Of a stretch of DNA of 43,318 nucleotides, positions 27,067 to 36,259 are shown in pieces (the first letter of the stretch is position 1; each line of letters opens with the position of its first letter). The DNA lies in assembly GCA_937873125.1 (NCBI GenBank), contig CALMWA010000310.1:1-43318 (forward strand), written 5' to 3'. A model generated the notes under the pieces. That model was not told the origin of the DNA and did not search any database. It was given only the letters and a program-made list of their open reading frames with translations. The DNA is from an uncultured Actinomycetes bacterium. Its GTDB lineage: Bacteria; Actinomycetota; Rubrobacteria; Rubrobacterales; Rubrobacteraceae. Both the position numbers and the translations under genes were made by a program.

Positions 27067-27291
27067 CTAGGCGCTCTCGGAGACGGCAGGACGCCTGATG
27101 GCCTCGGCCTTCTGGACCTTGAAGGCCTTCAGGCAGGAGGTGCAGACGTACTCGCGCCGGGTCGCGTCGCCGACCTGGATGCGGACGCGCTGCAGGTTCG
27201 GGTTCCAGCGCCGCCGGGTCGCACGCAGGGAGTGGCTCCGGGCGTTGCCGAAGCTCGGCGCCTTCCCGCATGAGTAACAGATTTTCGCCAT
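27067..27291 (-). CDS. rpmB: 50S ribosomal protein L28 (Zn-ribbon C+ form)
   Basis: Sequence MAKICYSCGKAPSFGNARSHSLRATRRRWNPNLQ, with the CxxC...CxxC pairs CYSC and CTSC. Confidence 0.9.
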   Translation of the reverse strand: MAKICYSCGKAPSFGNARSHSLRATRRRWNPNLQRVRIQVGDATRREYVCTSCLKAFKVQKAEAIRRPAVSESA

Positions 27292-27479
27292 GTCTCGTCT
27301 CCTATGCTAGGATAGCGGTCGAATTCGGGGGCCAAAGTCGCGGTCGCGTGTGCGCCGTAGACCGAGGCATCGGGCGAAGATTGTATCAGATTCTAGAAGA
27401 GCAACTAGGGCGCGCGGAACCTGCTGGTTTCGCGCTAGAATTATGCCGGGAGGAGCGGTTTGGCGCGTAGGTTGAGAGG

Positions 27480-29078
27480 TTGGGTTTCGTGGCGATAAGG
27501 ATGGCATTCGTGGTGGCCGCGGCGCACGCGGCCCTCAAGTCCCAGGTCGTCAGGATCAACGCCCTCAACGTCTATCCGGTCCCTGATGGAGACACCGGGA
27601 CGAACATGCTGCTGACCCTCGAATCCATCCTCAAAGAGTCCAAGGATAAGTCCTACGAGAGCGCGGAGGCGGCGAGCAAGGCGGGAGCGCGGGCGGCTCT
27701 AATGGGAGCACGCGGAAACTCCGGCGTGATCCTCTCGCAGATGATCCGGGGGGCCTGCGAGGTACTCGCTAAACGGGCCACGCTCTCGGCCGAAACCTTC
27801 GCCGACGCCCTCGAAGGAGCGCGAGAGCGGGCCTACGCTTCGATGCGTCATCCGGTGGAGGGTACGATGCTCACCGTGATCAAGGACGCCGCCCACGCGG
27901 CCCGCGAGGCGGTGAAAGACAGGAACATGGACCTTCCCGCGGTCGTGAAAGCGGCGGCTATGGCGGCACACGCATCGGTCAAACGGACGCCAGAGCTTCT
28001 CGGCGTGCTCCGCGAGGCCGGGGTCGTTGACGCTGGAGGATTGGGTGTGGCGATTATCCTCGACGGTATTTACGCATGTCTCACCGGGCAGAAGATCGAG
28101 GTGGACGAGGAAGAGGAGTCCGGTACGCCGGACCTCGACGCTATCCACGCCGAGGAAGAGGCCTGGGGCTACTGTACGGAGTTCCTGGTTACCGGATTTG
28201 CCGGAGACCCGCGGGAATTCGAAGACTACATCCACGCCTCCGGCAAGAGCGTCCTGGTTATCTCGGACGACGATGTGGTAAAGGTCCATCTGCACACCCG
28301 GGACCCTGGCGGCGCTCTTACCTACGCCGGAACTTTCGGGAGGTTGACCGGCGTAAAGGTGGACGATATGGAGGCCCAGGTGCATGCCCGCGGGGACGAA
28401 GGGGTGGATACAGAGCGCCCGCCCGCGGCCATCGGGGTCGTGGTAGCGAGCAGGGGTGTCGGTAACCGCAAGCTCTTCGAGTCGATGGGCGCGGTCGTGA
28501 TCGAGGGCGGACAGGGCGCGAACCCAAGTGCCGCTGATTTTGCCGAGGCGGTGGAAAGTACGGGCGCCGAGGCTGTGATCCTGCTGCCGAACAACAAGAA
28601 CATTGTGCCGACCGCCGCTCAGGTGAGCGAGCTGGTCGAGGCGAAGACTTACGTGGTGCCGACCACGACCATCGCCTCCGGGCTCGCCGCCATGATCGGT
28701 TTCGATGGTGACGGCGAGGCCGAAGCGGTCGCCGAGGAAATGGAGGAGATCCTCGGTACGCTGCAAGCCGCCGAAGTTACGCGGGCCGTTCGAGATGTCC
28801 GTATAGGAGACCACGACGTATTGGAAGGCTCGTATATCGGGTTGCTGGACGGAGAGTTGCACGCCGTTGGGGAGAGTGTAGAGGAGGTTGCGTTGAAGCT
28901 CGCCAGAGACATTATTGACGAGGGTGCGGACGTTATCACGCTGCTGGCCGGTGAGGATCTGGAAGAGAGCGACCTGCAGAGCATCACCACCAGCATCGCG
29001 GGCCTGGACGAGGACCTGACTGTAGAGGCCAAGACCGGCGGGCAGCCTCTGTACCCGCTCCAGATGGTGGCCGAGTGA
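27480..29078 (+). CDS. fakA: DAK2-domain protein, YloV/FakA-like (fatty-acid kinase ATP-binding subunit)
   Basis: The Dak2 signature is LNVYPVPDGDTGTNM ... RGNSGVILSQ. The length of about 530 aa and the adjacent DegV gene match the FakA/FakB arrangement. The start codon (TTG 27480, GTG 27489 or ATG 27501) is unresolved. Confidence 0.8.
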   Translation: MGFVAIRMAFVVAAAHAALKSQVVRINALNVYPVPDGDTGTNMLLTLESILKESKDKSYESAEAASKAGARAALMGARGNSGVILSQMIRGACEVLAKRATLSAETFADALEGARERAYASMRHPVEGTMLTVIKDAAHAAREAVKDRNMDLPAVVKAAAMAAHASVKRTPELLGVLREAGVVDAGGLGVAIILDGIYACLTGQKIEVDEEEESGTPDLDAIHAEEEAWGYCTEFLVTGFAGDPREFEDYIHASGKSVLVISDDDVVKVHLHTRDPGGALTYAGTFGRLTGVKVDDMEAQVHARGDEGVDTERPPAAIGVVVASRGVGNRKLFESMGAVVIEGGQGANPSAADFAEAVESTGAEAVILLPNNKNIVPTAAQVSELVEAKTYVVPTTTIASGLAAMIGFDGDGEAEAVAEEMEEILGTLQAAEVTRAVRDVRIGDHDVLEGSYIGLLDGELHAVGESVEEVALKLARDIIDEGADVITLLAGEDLEESDLQSITTSIAGLDEDLTVEAKTGGQPLYPLQMVAE

Positions 29079-29890
29079 CGACCGCCATCGTCACGGACTC
29101 CACGACGAGCCTTTCGCCGGAGATCCGTGAGCGGCCGGACGTACGGGTCGTTCCCCTGACGTTCCACTTCGGCCCGGACGAGACGTACCTGGACAAGGTA
29201 GATATGTCGAACGCCGAGTTCTACGAGCGGCTCGCCGACTCGGACGACTTCCCGACGACCTCGCAGCCGCCGGCCGGGGCTTTCGTCGAGGCTTACGAAT
29301 CCCTGTCGGCGTACGACGACGTGCTGGTACTCACGATCTCCGGCAAATTGAGCGGCACCTATGACTCGGCGCTCACGGCTGCCGGCATGGTGGACCGTCC
29401 CGTGGAAGTGCTCGATACGCGGAGCGCCGAGATGGGTTCGGGGCTTATCTTGCTGGAGGCTCTGAAGGTTATAGATGAAGGTGGCGAGTTCTGGGAGGCG
29501 CAGCGGGCGGCGGAGGCGGCGATCCGTCGCTGCAAGCTGCTGTTCGCAGTCGGTACTCTGAAATATTTGGCCAAGAGCGGGCGCATCGGGCGGGCTCAGC
29601 GTCTCGTGGGGACGGCCCTGGATATCCGGCCGGTCCTCGCCCTGGATGACGGGGAGGTCGTGCCTTTCAAGCGGGCGAGGGGCCGCAAACGCCAGATGGC
29701 GGCGCTGGTCGAAGATTTGAAGCCAGCCGCCGAGGCGGGCTCCCCGATGTACTTCGGGCACATCGACGCGCCTGACGCGCTCTCCGATCTGACCTCCGCC
29801 CTGGGGGTAGAGCGGGAGCGGGTGGCGGAGATCGGGGGCGTGGTAGGTTGCCACGTCGGCCCGGGAGCTTATGGCGTGGCCCACCTCTAG
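29075..29890 (+). CDS. DegV-family fatty-acid-binding protein (FakB-like)
   Basis: Motifs seen: IVTDSTTSL, PTTSQPPAGAF, ISGKLSGTY, and a GPGAYG C-terminus. The GTG overlaps the fakA stop (GTGA). Confidence 0.85.
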   Translation: MTTAIVTDSTTSLSPEIRERPDVRVVPLTFHFGPDETYLDKVDMSNAEFYERLADSDDFPTTSQPPAGAFVEAYESLSAYDDVLVLTISGKLSGTYDSALTAAGMVDRPVEVLDTRSAEMGSGLILLEALKVIDEGGEFWEAQRAAEAAIRRCKLLFAVGTLKYLAKSGRIGRAQRLVGTALDIRPVLALDDGEVVPFKRARGRKRQMAALVEDLKPAAEAGSPMYFGHIDAPDALSDLTSALGVERERVAEIGGVVGCHVGPGAYGVAHL

Positions 29891-32045
29891 CCCCGGCGCG
29901 ATATCTGGCGAAGCTACTTCCGCCCGTCTGAACCTCCCGGAACGCACGACCCTCACCGATCTGCGGGCGCGTCCCGCCAACGAGCTTCCGGGCGTGGGGC
30001 CGAAGATCGAGGCGACGTTCAAGGATCTCGGTATCGTATCGCTGGCCGACCTCGTGTCGCACTACCCTTCCCGCCACGAAGACCTGTCGAACGTGAAGAA
30101 GATATCGGACCTACGCGTAGGTGAGCGGGCTACAGTGGTGGGACGGGTCGTGAGCACGCGCGGGGTCGGGAAACCGGTGCGGGGGCGCTCGCCGGGTTTC
30201 TCCGTGCAACTCTACGACGGCACGGGTTACATCCCGGCTACGGTGTGGGGCCGGGGCTGGTTGCAGTCGCAGCTCGTCCCCGACACGTGGGTTCTCGTAT
30301 CGGGCGAGGTGCAGCGGCGTTATGGGATACAGATCTCGGCGAAGAGTCTGGAGGTGATCGAGGATCGGGACGCGCAGGGCGGCGGAGAAAACGGGCCGCA
30401 CGCGGGGCGGTTCGTGCCCGTGTATCCGGTCAACAAGGGCATACAGGCGCGCCGGATGCGAACCCTGATCCACCGCGCCCTCGACGAGGCGGGGCGTGTC
30501 CTCGACCCGCTTCCGGCGGAGGTCCTGGCGCGCCACCGCCTTCCGAACCTGCACGATGCGATGCACGAGGTTCACTTCCCATCGGAGCGAAAACGCCTCA
30601 AGGCTGCCATGCGGCGCCTCATCTTCCACGAGTTGTTCCTGATCCAGACCGGACTCGCCGCTCGCAAGGCCCGCATCGAGCGCACGGAACGCGGCGGACG
30701 CCACGTTGGCGACGGCTCGCTGCTCAACCCATACCTGAAAGCCTTGCCGTTCGGACTCACCGGGGCGCAGGAGCGGGTCATCGAAGAGGTGTTGGCCGAC
30801 ATGCGCTCCGAGAAGCCGATGCGCCGGCTCGTGCAGGGAGACGTGGGGAGCGGGAAGACCGTCGTCGCCGTCGCGGCCCTGCTCTCTGCGGTGGAGTCCG
30901 GCGGCCAGGGCGCGCTCATGGCCCCGACCGAGGTACTCGCCGAGCAACATTACCTCTCGGTCTCTGCCGCGCTCGCCGGGCTGCCGGTCAGAGTCGCCCT
31001 CCTGACAGGCTCGCAAGGTGCGGCGGAGCGCCGCGAGATGCTGGAGCTGGTGCGGAGCGGCGGGGCACACGTCGTCATCGGCACGCATGCGCTGATACAG
31101 AAGGGCGTAGAGTTCCGGGACCTCTCGCTCGTTGTGGTGGACGAGCAGCACCGGTTCGGCGTCGGACAGCGGATGGTCTTCAAGGAGAAGGGTACGCTGC
31201 CGGACACGATGGTGATGACGGCGACTCCCATACCTCGAACTCTCTCGCTCACGCTCTACGGGGATCTCGAAGTTTCGGTCGTAGACGAGCTGCCGCCGGG
31301 GCGCAAGCCGGTCGAGACGCGGATGGTGGATCTGGCCGAACGAGAGGACGCATACGAAGCCGTCCGGCGCGAACTGGAGGACGGGCGGCAGGCGTACGTG
31401 ATCTGCCCGCTGGTCGAAGAGTCCGAGGCGCTCGAAGATGTTCGGGCGGCGGAGGAGTTGTATGACGAACTGGTGGGGGAGATCTACCCGGATCGCAAAG
31501 TCGGGCTCTTGCACGGCCGGATGAAGGCGCAGGAGAAGCGCGAGGTCATGGCGGCGTTCCGGGCGGGTGAGATAGAAGTGCTCGTCGCCACGGTCGTCGT
31601 CGAGGTCGGGGTGGACGTTCCGAACGCGAGCGCGATCGTGATCGAAGGCGCCGAGCGTTTCGGCCTCTCGCAGCTCCACCAGCTCCGGGGGCGCGTCTGC
31701 CGGGGACTCCACCCTCCGAAGTGCTACCTCATCGGCGAGCCGAAGACCGAGGACTCGCGCAGCCGCCTCGAAGCCCTGTGCGAGCATCAGGATGGCTTCA
31801 AGCTCTCGGAGGTGGACCTGGCGATCCGGGGTGAGGGAACCCTGTTCGGGAGCCGCCAGAGCGGCATGCCGGACCTCAAGGTCGCCAAGCTTCTGCGCGA
31901 CATAGACATCTTGGTCGAGGCGCGGCGCGAGGCGTTTGAGTTGGTTGCGAAGGACCTTACGTTGAAGTCGCCCGACCACCGGCCGCTGCGGCGTGAGATC
32001 CGGGAACTGCTCGGCGCGGATGTCGAGTGGTTGTTCAGGGAGTAG
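29871..32045 (+). CDS. recG: ATP-dependent DNA helicase RecG
   Basis: The wedge/OB N-terminus reads LPGVGPK...HYPSRHED. SF2 motifs are GDVGSGKT, DEQHRFGV, MTATPIPRT, and the QLHQLRGRV motif VI with the TRG region. Confidence 0.92.
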   Translation: MAWPTSSPGAISGEATSARLNLPERTTLTDLRARPANELPGVGPKIEATFKDLGIVSLADLVSHYPSRHEDLSNVKKISDLRVGERATVVGRVVSTRGVGKPVRGRSPGFSVQLYDGTGYIPATVWGRGWLQSQLVPDTWVLVSGEVQRRYGIQISAKSLEVIEDRDAQGGGENGPHAGRFVPVYPVNKGIQARRMRTLIHRALDEAGRVLDPLPAEVLARHRLPNLHDAMHEVHFPSERKRLKAAMRRLIFHELFLIQTGLAARKARIERTERGGRHVGDGSLLNPYLKALPFGLTGAQERVIEEVLADMRSEKPMRRLVQGDVGSGKTVVAVAALLSAVESGGQGALMAPTEVLAEQHYLSVSAALAGLPVRVALLTGSQGAAERREMLELVRSGGAHVVIGTHALIQKGVEFRDLSLVVVDEQHRFGVGQRMVFKEKGTLPDTMVMTATPIPRTLSLTLYGDLEVSVVDELPPGRKPVETRMVDLAEREDAYEAVRRELEDGRQAYVICPLVEESEALEDVRAAEELYDELVGEIYPDRKVGLLHGRMKAQEKREVMAAFRAGEIEVLVATVVVEVGVDVPNASAIVIEGAERFGLSQLHQLRGRVCRGLHPPKCYLIGEPKTEDSRSRLEALCEHQDGFKLSEVDLAIRGEGTLFGSRQSGMPDLKVAKLLRDIDILVEARREAFELVAKDLTLKSPDHRPLRREIRELLGADVEWLFRE

Positions 32046-32052
32046 AAGAGTC

Positions 32053-33117
32053 GTGAGGATCATCGCCGGCGAGGCGCGCGGCGTGCGGCTGACGAACGTT
32101 CCGCTAGGCGTGCGTCCGACCGCGGATCGCATCCGGGAGAGTCTTTTTAACCGCCTGGGACAATTCTTCGACGGCGGTAACGTGCTGGACCTGTACGCGG
32201 GGACCGGCGCTCTAGGCATAGAAGCCCTCAGCCGCGGGTGTGAGCGGGCCGTGTTCGTTGAGAAGGATCGGGGGGCCGTGGAGGCGATCCGCGAAAACCT
32301 GCGGAGGACGGGACTCCAAGAGCGCGCGGAGATAATACGTGACGATGTCGGACGGGCGTTGGAGAGGCTGTCAGGGCGTGACGGAACATACAATTTGATA
32401 TTCATTGATCCGCCATATAGAATCGCCGCGCCGGAGGCTGGCAACGTGCAGGTGCGTTTGCACGCGCTTCTGGCGCCCGACGGGAGGGCGGTGATCGAGA
32501 GTAGTAGCCGCTCGCCGGAAATTGTAGGCAGCAAGAAAGGGGAGAGCCGGCGCTACGGCGACACGGTCGTAACTATCTTTGAACGCTCGGATCTCACGAT
32601 GAACGTGGCCGTCTGTCCTGGGAGCTTCGATCCCATTACTACCGGACACCTGGACATAATCCGTCGCGCCGCGGGTATTTTCGACCACGTGGTTATCGCC
32701 GTAGGCCGGAACCTCAGAAAAGGACCGCGCCTCACCGCGACTGAGCGGGCGCAACTGATCGAGACCGTGACGAGTGATATCGACAACGTGTCGGTCGAGC
32801 TGATGGACGGCCTGCTGGTGGATTTCGCGCGGGAACAGGGCGCGCGGGTCATCGTGAAAGGGTTGCGGGCGGTCTCGGACTTCGAGTCCGAGTTCGAGCA
32901 GGCGCAACTAAACCGGACGCTCTCCCCGCAGATCGAGACGGTTTTCATCATGTCGGCGGCGGAGTACAGTTTCCTGTCGTCGAGCGCGGTGCGGGAGATA
33001 GCGGGGCTGGGCGGCGAGGTGCGCGGACTCGTTCCTGATGTAATACTGGACGTGGTGCGCGAGATATATTCGGGCAGCGGAGATCAGACAGAGGCTACAC
33101 GACAAAGGATAGGATAA
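32053..33117 (+). CDS. In-frame fusion of 16S rRNA m2G966 methyltransferase RsmD and phosphopantetheine adenylyltransferase CoaD
   Basis: A single ORF with no stop between the two halves. RsmD half: RIIAGEARG..L....G.RPT.DR.RE.LFN, LDLYAGTGALGIEALSRG, and IFIDPPY. CoaD half starts at ATG 32599: AVCPGSFDPITTGHLDII, VKGLR...DFE.E, and SSS.VRE. GTG 32053 lies 7 nt after the recG stop. Confidence 0.8.
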   Translation: MRIIAGEARGVRLTNVPLGVRPTADRIRESLFNRLGQFFDGGNVLDLYAGTGALGIEALSRGCERAVFVEKDRGAVEAIRENLRRTGLQERAEIIRDDVGRALERLSGRDGTYNLIFIDPPYRIAAPEAGNVQVRLHALLAPDGRAVIESSSRSPEIVGSKKGESRRYGDTVVTIFERSDLTMNVAVCPGSFDPITTGHLDIIRRAAGIFDHVVIAVGRNLRKGPRLTATERAQLIETVTSDIDNVSVELMDGLLVDFAREQGARVIVKGLRAVSDFESEFEQAQLNRTLSPQIETVFIMSAAEYSFLSSSAVREIAGLGGEVRGLVPDVILDVVREIYSGSGDQTEATRQRIG

Positions 33118-33121
33118 GAGG

Positions 33122-33586
33122 ATGGACGTACTGGTTCTTATAGACAGGTTGGAGGAGTTGGTGGAGGAAGCCCGAAGCTTCCCCGGCTTCGGCAACACGG
33201 CAATGGTCGACAGAGATGCGGCCTTCGACGTGATAGACCAGATGCGTCAGACCATCCCGGAGGAGTTGAAGCAGGCGCGCTGGATCGTGAAGGAGCGCCA
33301 GGCGATGTTGGATGAGGCGCGCAGCGAGAGCGACCGCATCATCCGCGGCGCCCAGGAGGAGGCCGAGAAGATCACCTCCGAGGAAGAAGTTCTCAAGCGC
33401 GCCGAGAAGCGTTCGACCGAGATCATGGAGGACGCGAGGCGCCGGGAGCGCGAGATCCGGCTCGGCGCCGAGGATTATGCCGACGAGGTGCTCGCCAACC
33501 TGGAGGACAACCTCGCCAAGCTCCTCGAAGCCGTCCAGCGGGGCCGCTCGAAGCTCCAGGGCGGCGAGGAAGAGCAGGCGCGGTAG
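33122..33586 (+). CDS. Charged coiled-coil protein of unknown function (ATP-synthase b/G-subunit-like heptad pattern)
   Basis: ATG-initiated 154-aa ORF, highly E/R/K/A-rich (QEEAEKITSEEEVLKRAEKRSTEIMEDARRREREIR). It sits between coaD and yceD. I recognised no specific family. Confidence 0.6.
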   Translation: MDVLVLIDRLEELVEEARSFPGFGNTAMVDRDAAFDVIDQMRQTIPEELKQARWIVKERQAMLDEARSESDRIIRGAQEEAEKITSEEEVLKRAEKRSTEIMEDARRREREIRLGAEDYADEVLANLEDNLAKLLEAVQRGRSKLQGGEEEQAR

Positions 33587-33595
33587 AATAACCCC

Positions 33596-34054
33596 ATGAG
33601 CAAGTCCATTCTTCTCAGGCGTCCCGGCGCCGAGGTCGGAGACAGGTACGAGCAGGAAGCGACCTTCGACGTGCCGGCGTTCGACCTGTACGGCCGGCAT
33701 CACGAGGTAGAGCGTGCTAACGCCGACGTGGCCGTGACACGCCTCGCCGAAGGTCTGCACCTGGATCTCGAAGTGCGGGTCATCATATCCACGACCTGCG
33801 ATCGCACCCTGGAGCCGACGGAGCTGGAGGTGACGCTCGGCGAGTCCGAGTTCTTGCCGGGTCCGACCAACCGGGAGTTGTGCATAGAAGACTGGAAGTT
33901 GGATCTTGCGGCATATACGGAACACGCTCTGCCGAGCGAGGTACCGATGCAGGTGTTCCACCCTGGAACCAAACCCGTTCGCCCCGAGGATAACGAGGAA
34001 GAGATAGACCCCCGCTGGCGCGGGCTCGGAGGGCTCTTCGCCTCGGCAATTTAG
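33596..34054 (+). CDS. yceD: YceD/DUF177 family protein (large-subunit ribosome biogenesis-associated)
   Basis: It lies immediately upstream of rpmF, as in many bacteria. It has an acidic C-terminus and the DPRW..L motif (IDPRWRGL). Confidence 0.7.
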   Translation: MSKSILLRRPGAEVGDRYEQEATFDVPAFDLYGRHHEVERANADVAVTRLAEGLHLDLEVRVIISTTCDRTLEPTELEVTLGESEFLPGPTNRELCIEDWKLDLAAYTEHALPSEVPMQVFHPGTKPVRPEDNEEEIDPRWRGLGGLFASAI

Positions 34055-34088
34055 TTTTCATCAACCAATAGCAATCAGGAGGTAAATC

Positions 34089-34274
34089 ATGGCCGTACCA
34101 AAGAAGAAGACGTCGCAGGCTCGCCGGGATCAGCGCCGGGCGCACCACGCGATGAAGAGCACCAATCTTGTGCCGTGTCCGACGTGCGGGTCCCCGAGGC
34201 TACCGCACCGCGTGTGTCCAGAGTGCGGCAGCTACAAGGGCCGTAACGTGGTCGCCGTCGAAGTCACCGAGTAA
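34089..34274 (+). CDS. rpmF: 50S ribosomal protein L32 (Zn-ribbon C+ form)
   Basis: Sequence MAVPKKKTSQARRDQRRAHH, with CPTC....CPEC. AGGAGG lies 8 nt upstream. Confidence 0.92.
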   Translation: MAVPKKKTSQARRDQRRAHHAMKSTNLVPCPTCGSPRLPHRVCPECGSYKGRNVVAVEVTE

Positions 34275-34292
34275 CGCACCACTCACCAACCC

Positions 34293-35315
34293 GTGCGAAT
34301 AGCCGTAGACGCCCTCGGTGGAGATAACGCGCCGGGTGAGATCGTCGCCGGGACGCTGTCCGCCGCCCGCCGCCTGCCACAAGACGAGTTCGTACTCGTA
34401 GGGGAGCGCGGTCGGATCGAAGCTGCTGCCGGGGCCGAAGTACCCGATAACGTCTCGTTTCGAGATTCCGGCGGCGCCGTTGGCATGGAAGAAGAACCTG
34501 CCGCTGCTCTGCGTGCCCGGCCGGATTCCAGCGTGGCGGTCGCTGCTCGCATGGTGCGTGCAGGTGAGACCGAAGCATTGTTCTCCGCCGGTAATACCGG
34601 GGCGACTGTTGCGGCGGCCCTGCTGTCGGTCGGGAGGCTCAAGAGTTGCCGGCGGCCGGCTATCGCGACCGTGTTGCCGTTCCCGTCGCCGGTCCTGCTG
34701 CTCGATGCCGGGGCGACGATCTCCTGCCGGGCGCAGGACCTCGTGAATTTCGCTATTCTTGGGAGCGTGTTCTCGAAAAGTTACTTCCGGCTGGACGGGC
34801 CGGCCCGCGTTGGTTTGATCAACGTCGGTGAAGAGCCATCGAAAGGGACCGACCTGACGAAAGAGGCCTACAAGCTGATGCAAGAGACCGGCGCGATACG
34901 CTTCGTCGGCAACGTGGAGGGCCGCGATGTTGGGAGTGGGATCGCGGACGTGCTGGTGACCGACGGGTTTACTGGGAACGTCGTGCTGAAAACCGCCGAG
35001 GGGGTGGCGAAAGCGATTCTTCAGATGGTCCGCTCCGCCATGACGGGCAACGTGATGAGCAAGGCCGCCGCTGCCGTGTTGCGTCCGCGCCTGGTCGGCG
35101 TCCGGGATCAAGTAGATCCCGAGAACTACGGAGGGTCGTTCCTGCTCGGCGTGCGCGGTTCGGTCGTGATCGGGCACGGCAACTCCGAAGCCCGTGGCGT
35201 CGAGAATGCGCTATTGGACATCTCGCGCACCGGCGCCGGACTTTCGGATGCCCTGGAGGATGCGCTGGCGAGTTCGCAGGCTGATCCGCAGGCGGCCCAG
35301 GCAGGCGCCCCGTGA
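34293..35315 (+). CDS. plsX: Phosphate acyltransferase PlsX
   Basis: Motifs seen: [44 protein letters not shown], and GGS.LLG. Confidence 0.9.
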   Translation: MRIAVDALGGDNAPGEIVAGTLSAARRLPQDEFVLVGERGRIEAAAGAEVPDNVSFRDSGGAVGMEEEPAAALRARPDSSVAVAARMVRAGETEALFSAGNTGATVAAALLSVGRLKSCRRPAIATVLPFPSPVLLLDAGATISCRAQDLVNFAILGSVFSKSYFRLDGPARVGLINVGEEPSKGTDLTKEAYKLMQETGAIRFVGNVEGRDVGSGIADVLVTDGFTGNVVLKTAEGVAKAILQMVRSAMTGNVMSKAAAAVLRPRLVGVRDQVDPENYGGSFLLGVRGSVVIGHGNSEARGVENALLDISRTGAGLSDALEDALASSQADPQAAQAGAP

Positions 35316-36259
35316 GCGGAGCGCCCGTGGGAAGGATAATCGGCGTAGGACGCGCGCTCGGTGGGCGTGTGGTCACCAACCACGATCTCGAGAGCGTCCT
35401 GGATACGACCGATGACTGGGTGACAACCCGTACCGGGATCAGGGAGCGGCACTTCATCGCCGAGGGCGAGAGCTGTGCGACGCTTGCCACGGATGCGGCC
35501 GTTGCGGCTCTGAAGCACGCCGGTGTTGCGGGTGAGTCGTTGGATCTTATCTTGTGTGCCACTTCGACCGGGCCGGAGTCGATGCCTTCGGTGGCTTGTC
35601 TGGTGGGCGAGGCGGTGGGGGCTCAGGGAGTCGGCGCGATGGACCTCGCGGCGGCGTGCTCCGGGTTTACCTACGCGGCCTCCGTCGCCGATTCGATGAT
35701 GCGCGGCGGTTTGGCGGAGCGTGTACTCCTCATCGGGGCTGACGCCATGACCGAGATCGTGGACGGCAATGACCGCGCCACAGCGGTTCTGTTCGGTGAT
35801 GGGGCGGGCGCGGTGGTCCTGGAGCGCGGCGACGGCGAGTCGGGATTCGTGGACCACATCCTGGGCGCCGACGGACGGATGGCTTCCGCCGGGAGGGCCG
35901 GACATCCCGGCGACGAACAGAAGCTGTACCAGAATGGACGCGAGGTCTTCAAGTTCGCGGTGCGGGTTCTTCCCGAGATGGTCGAGAAGCTCGTCGCCCG
36001 CAACGGCATCACCCTCGACGACGTCCAGTACATCATCCCGCATCAGGCCAACGCCCGGATAATCCAGGCGGCGGCCAGAAAGCTCGACATACCGGAGGAG
36101 CGGATCGTGATCAACGTGGACCATTTCGGGAACACGTCGGCGGGCAGCATCCCGATCGCTTACCCGGACATCTACGACGAGTTCGAGCCGGGGAAACATA
36201 TCATCACGGTAGGCTTCGGTTTCGGCCTCACGTGGGCGGCGAACCTTTACAGGATCTAG
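35312..36259 (+). CDS. fabH: 3-oxoacyl-ACP synthase III
   Basis: Motifs seen: TSDDW-like [16 protein letters not shown], active-site AAACSGF, HQAN.RI, and GNTSAGSIP. The GTG overlaps the plsX stop. Confidence 0.9.
   Translation: MSGAPVGRIIGVGRALGGRVVTNHDLESVLDTTDDWVTTRTGIRERHFIAEGESCATLATDAAVAALKHAGVAGESLDLILCATSTGPESMPSVACLVGEAVGAQGVGAMDLAAACSGFTYAASVADSMMRGGLAERVLLIGADAMTEIVDGNDRATAVLFGDGAGAVVLERGDGESGFVDHILGADGRMASAGRAGHPGDEQKLYQNGREVFKFAVRVLPEMVEKLVARNGITLDDVQYIIPHQANARIIQAAARKLDIPEERIVINVDHFGNTSAGSIPIAYPDIYDEFEPGKHIITVGFGFGLTWAANLYRI

Noticed and set aside
30111-32534. 807-aa minus-strand ORF, the longest non-annotated ORF in the track. Similar long antisense ORFs occur at 15486..16952, 28649..30022, 27699..28862, 35126..36199, 34200..35177, 38610..39677, 25217..26218, 24018..24797, 9095..9958, 6289..7260, 4230..5423, 14033..14920, 11033..11944, 33095..33961, 40923..41845 and 42589..43299.
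   Set aside because: All lie antisense to genes with unmistakable conserved motifs (recG, pilB, fakA/degV, fabH, plsX, fabF, ribBA and others). Their products are Arg/Pro/Gly/Leu-rich low-complexity strings with no motifs. Stop-poor shadow frames are expected at about 65% GC.
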